From positions 423,742 through 487,741 of the forward strand of contig NW_021831286.1 of NCBI RefSeq assembly GCF_006345805.1: DNA of 64,000 bases, read 5' to 3'. Positions 62,225 to 64,000 of this stretch are shown in pieces. Made by a program: the position numbers and the translations under genes. Within the stretch, counting starts at the first letter, position 1; every line of letters begins with the position of its first letter. This DNA comes from Octopus sinensis (lineage: Eukaryota). Below the pieces are notes generated by a model. The model made no database searches. It saw only the letters and a list, made by a program, of their open reading frames with translations, and had not been told where the DNA came from.

Positions 62225-63530
62225 ATTTATTTTGTGGTTTCATTCGGATGGGCTTACTACCTGGGATCGCTCTTTTTCTGAAAGGCCTGGAGATTTCTCC
62301 TCCCAAAGTGCCTGGGACACTATCGCATGCCGAGTGTGTGTGCCTAAGCTCTTGGCAATCCTTGACCAACACCGCCTGGCATGCCTTCGTGCGGCATCCG
62401 CCCCTCACTCTGGCAGCTGGCTGAATGCTCTCCCTCTTTCCACTATCGGGACGTGGCTAGACGATGCTGACATAGGCATCGGAGTCACCTACTCGGCCTG
62501 GATGTTTGCGCAAATCATCGCTGCAATGCGGTGAGGACGTTGACGAAAAGGGACTGCACTTACTTTCCTGCAAGAGGAGCGCAGATAAAATGCAGTCCAA
62601 ACTTCGAGAGCAGAAGAGTATTTAGTCAGATTAAAATGTTTAGGAGAGAGAAAAAGAACAGAATTGACACAATTTCTAAATGCCGAGAGCGAAGATAAGT
62701 AGCAAGGCAGAGAGATGCCCATGCACGTGCGGAAAACAGCGAATCGTAGAAATAACATTGCACAAGTAACATTGCACAAAAAGTTAAGATTGAGTAATTT
62801 ATTGACAGACTTCCAGATAATAAAATCCAAGTCAGACAACGGGTCGGGTTCCCGGAAACACGGGGATGAACGGAGTAAGTATGTGAGACGCGGTATACGA
62901 AGGTAGTTTTTAATGAGAAATAGTCCTACGTGTGCATTGAAGTCGGAGATTTGTTCCGGAGTGAGGACTAACTCACGTTTCTTATCCGCAATAACAGTGG
63001 ATATCCCTCCACCGGAGATTGGCGAACCAAGAACAATCAGATCTTTAAGATCTGTCGATCTGAGAGCGACAACCTTGTCAGAAAGGGATGCAAAGGCCTG
63101 ATCAAATAAAGAGTAGTCGGGAAAGCCGAGTGAACCATTGAGGGATAGACCGATTTGACCAAGCCCGAAATAATATCAACAACATCGTTCCATATGAATT
63201 CAAGTGAACCACCCAAGGTGATATCATCAAGATACCAGAAATTGACAGTCTTTGGGCAATATGGTCCACTGCGAGCGCAAATAGGAGAGGCCCAAATGGA
63301 TCCTTTGCGAAACACCAGACGCAGAGATTAGCAAATTTTTCCTAAATAAAAGATTGAACGACCAGCGTAAGATAGATGAACAATCGGATAGAGCGCCGGG
63401 CAGCGGGGGTCTGCGACTCCCAGGATGTGATCCCTGCGAACACTGTTAAAAGCGTTGCGCAACGCCGAACTGACGTGGCACCAACTGAGAGCTTAAATCA
63501 GGGAGATCATCATTAGGGAGATTTTCGCAC
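62225..63530. mobile_element. CRE-like composite: post-RT segment on + (62225-62586) tail-to-tail with RT segment on - (62587-63530)
   Basis: Plus part closely matches 41870-42110; minus part has FNSVRRDHIL, WYLDD, LRSSPCF. Confidence 0.8.
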
Positions 63531-63663
63531 GTGGATTTTGTAACAACCTGGGTTTTGGCAGGAATAGAGCCAAATATTATTTTTAAAATCACCAATCAAC
63601 TTTACACTTTTTAAAACATGAATGAAATTTAGGTAATATTAATTTTAAGTTTGCTGGTGTGTT

Positions 63664-64000
63664 ATGAATTGCTTGACTCAATACATCATTGTTCGCAAAG
63701 ATCTTGTTACTGATCTAGGCTGGTCGGTCGGCGCTGTCATCACTCAGGCATGCCACGCCACGCTCGCAGTAGTGGGGGAAAATAGAGGCGACAAACTAGT
63801 GGGCTTATATCTAGAAAATATTAATCAAATGAGAAAGGTTGTTCTACAAACAAAGGACGGGTTTTCCTTGTCTGAAATGGCCGATCTGCTTAACAAGAAC
63901 GCAATCAAATTCAAAGTTTGGATTGAAATGCCCGAAAATATTCCGACCTGTCTCTCTCTCATGCCGTATCCTAAAGACATTGTTTATCCCTATGTCTCAA
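63664..64000 (+). CDS. PTRHD1: Putative peptidyl-tRNA hydrolase PTRHD1 (3' end outside window; absent from the ORF track)
   Basis: QYIIVRKDL..W..GAVITQACHA..MRKVVL..WIEMPENIPTCLSLMPYPK. Confidence 0.9.
   Translation, partial: MNCLTQYIIVRKDLVTDLGWSVGAVITQACHATLAVVGENRGDKLVGLYLENINQMRKVVLQTKDGFSLSEMADLLNKNAIKFKVWIEMPENIPTCLSLMPYPKDIVYPYVS

Noticed and set aside
3060-63315. Numerous ORF-track entries such as 3270-3869, 23557-24363, 36594-36995, 39537-39776 and 61222-61654
   Set aside because: They are antisense or alternative-frame shadows of the genes and retroelements already called
1-64000. CRISPR arrays, rRNA, prokaryotic operons, alternative genetic code
   Set aside because: No spaced repeats or rRNA-like sequence; in-frame TAA/TAG within genes are explained by micro-introns, and conserved proteins end at standard stops

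Overview
AT-rich eukaryotic (animal) genomic DNA; no prokaryotic features and no CRISPR arrays. Tight islands of host genes (MLH1, FAM8A1, GID8, claudin-like, hinderin-like, SNRNP35, MCAT, PTRH2, RCCD1, a CDK1/2-like kinase, TMEM38, RPS3, atlastin, a receptor-type pseudo-PTP, a DEDD-like gene, PTRHD1, tRNA-Ser) sit among nested, mostly decayed transposons: CRE-like and R4/Dong-like RLE retrotransposons, APE LINEs, hAT, Ginger/TDD and Tc1. About 45 GT-AG introns were reconstructed by hand from frame and recalled homology. They are 22-34 nt (mode 24-25, one 52), with degenerate donors and frequent AAG/GAG acceptors. Among animals this fits a dicyemid or another miniaturised parasite (inference). 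Best leads: apparent length-ruled micro-intron splicing alongside a retained U11 protein; a complete Ginger/TDD transposon whose integrase carries four host-type micro-introns, plus a partner MITE with telomere-like repeats; a DEDD-like death-fold gene present as dispersed copies; and CRE elements with twin-priming-like inversions. Family assignments come from motif recognition, not database searches.
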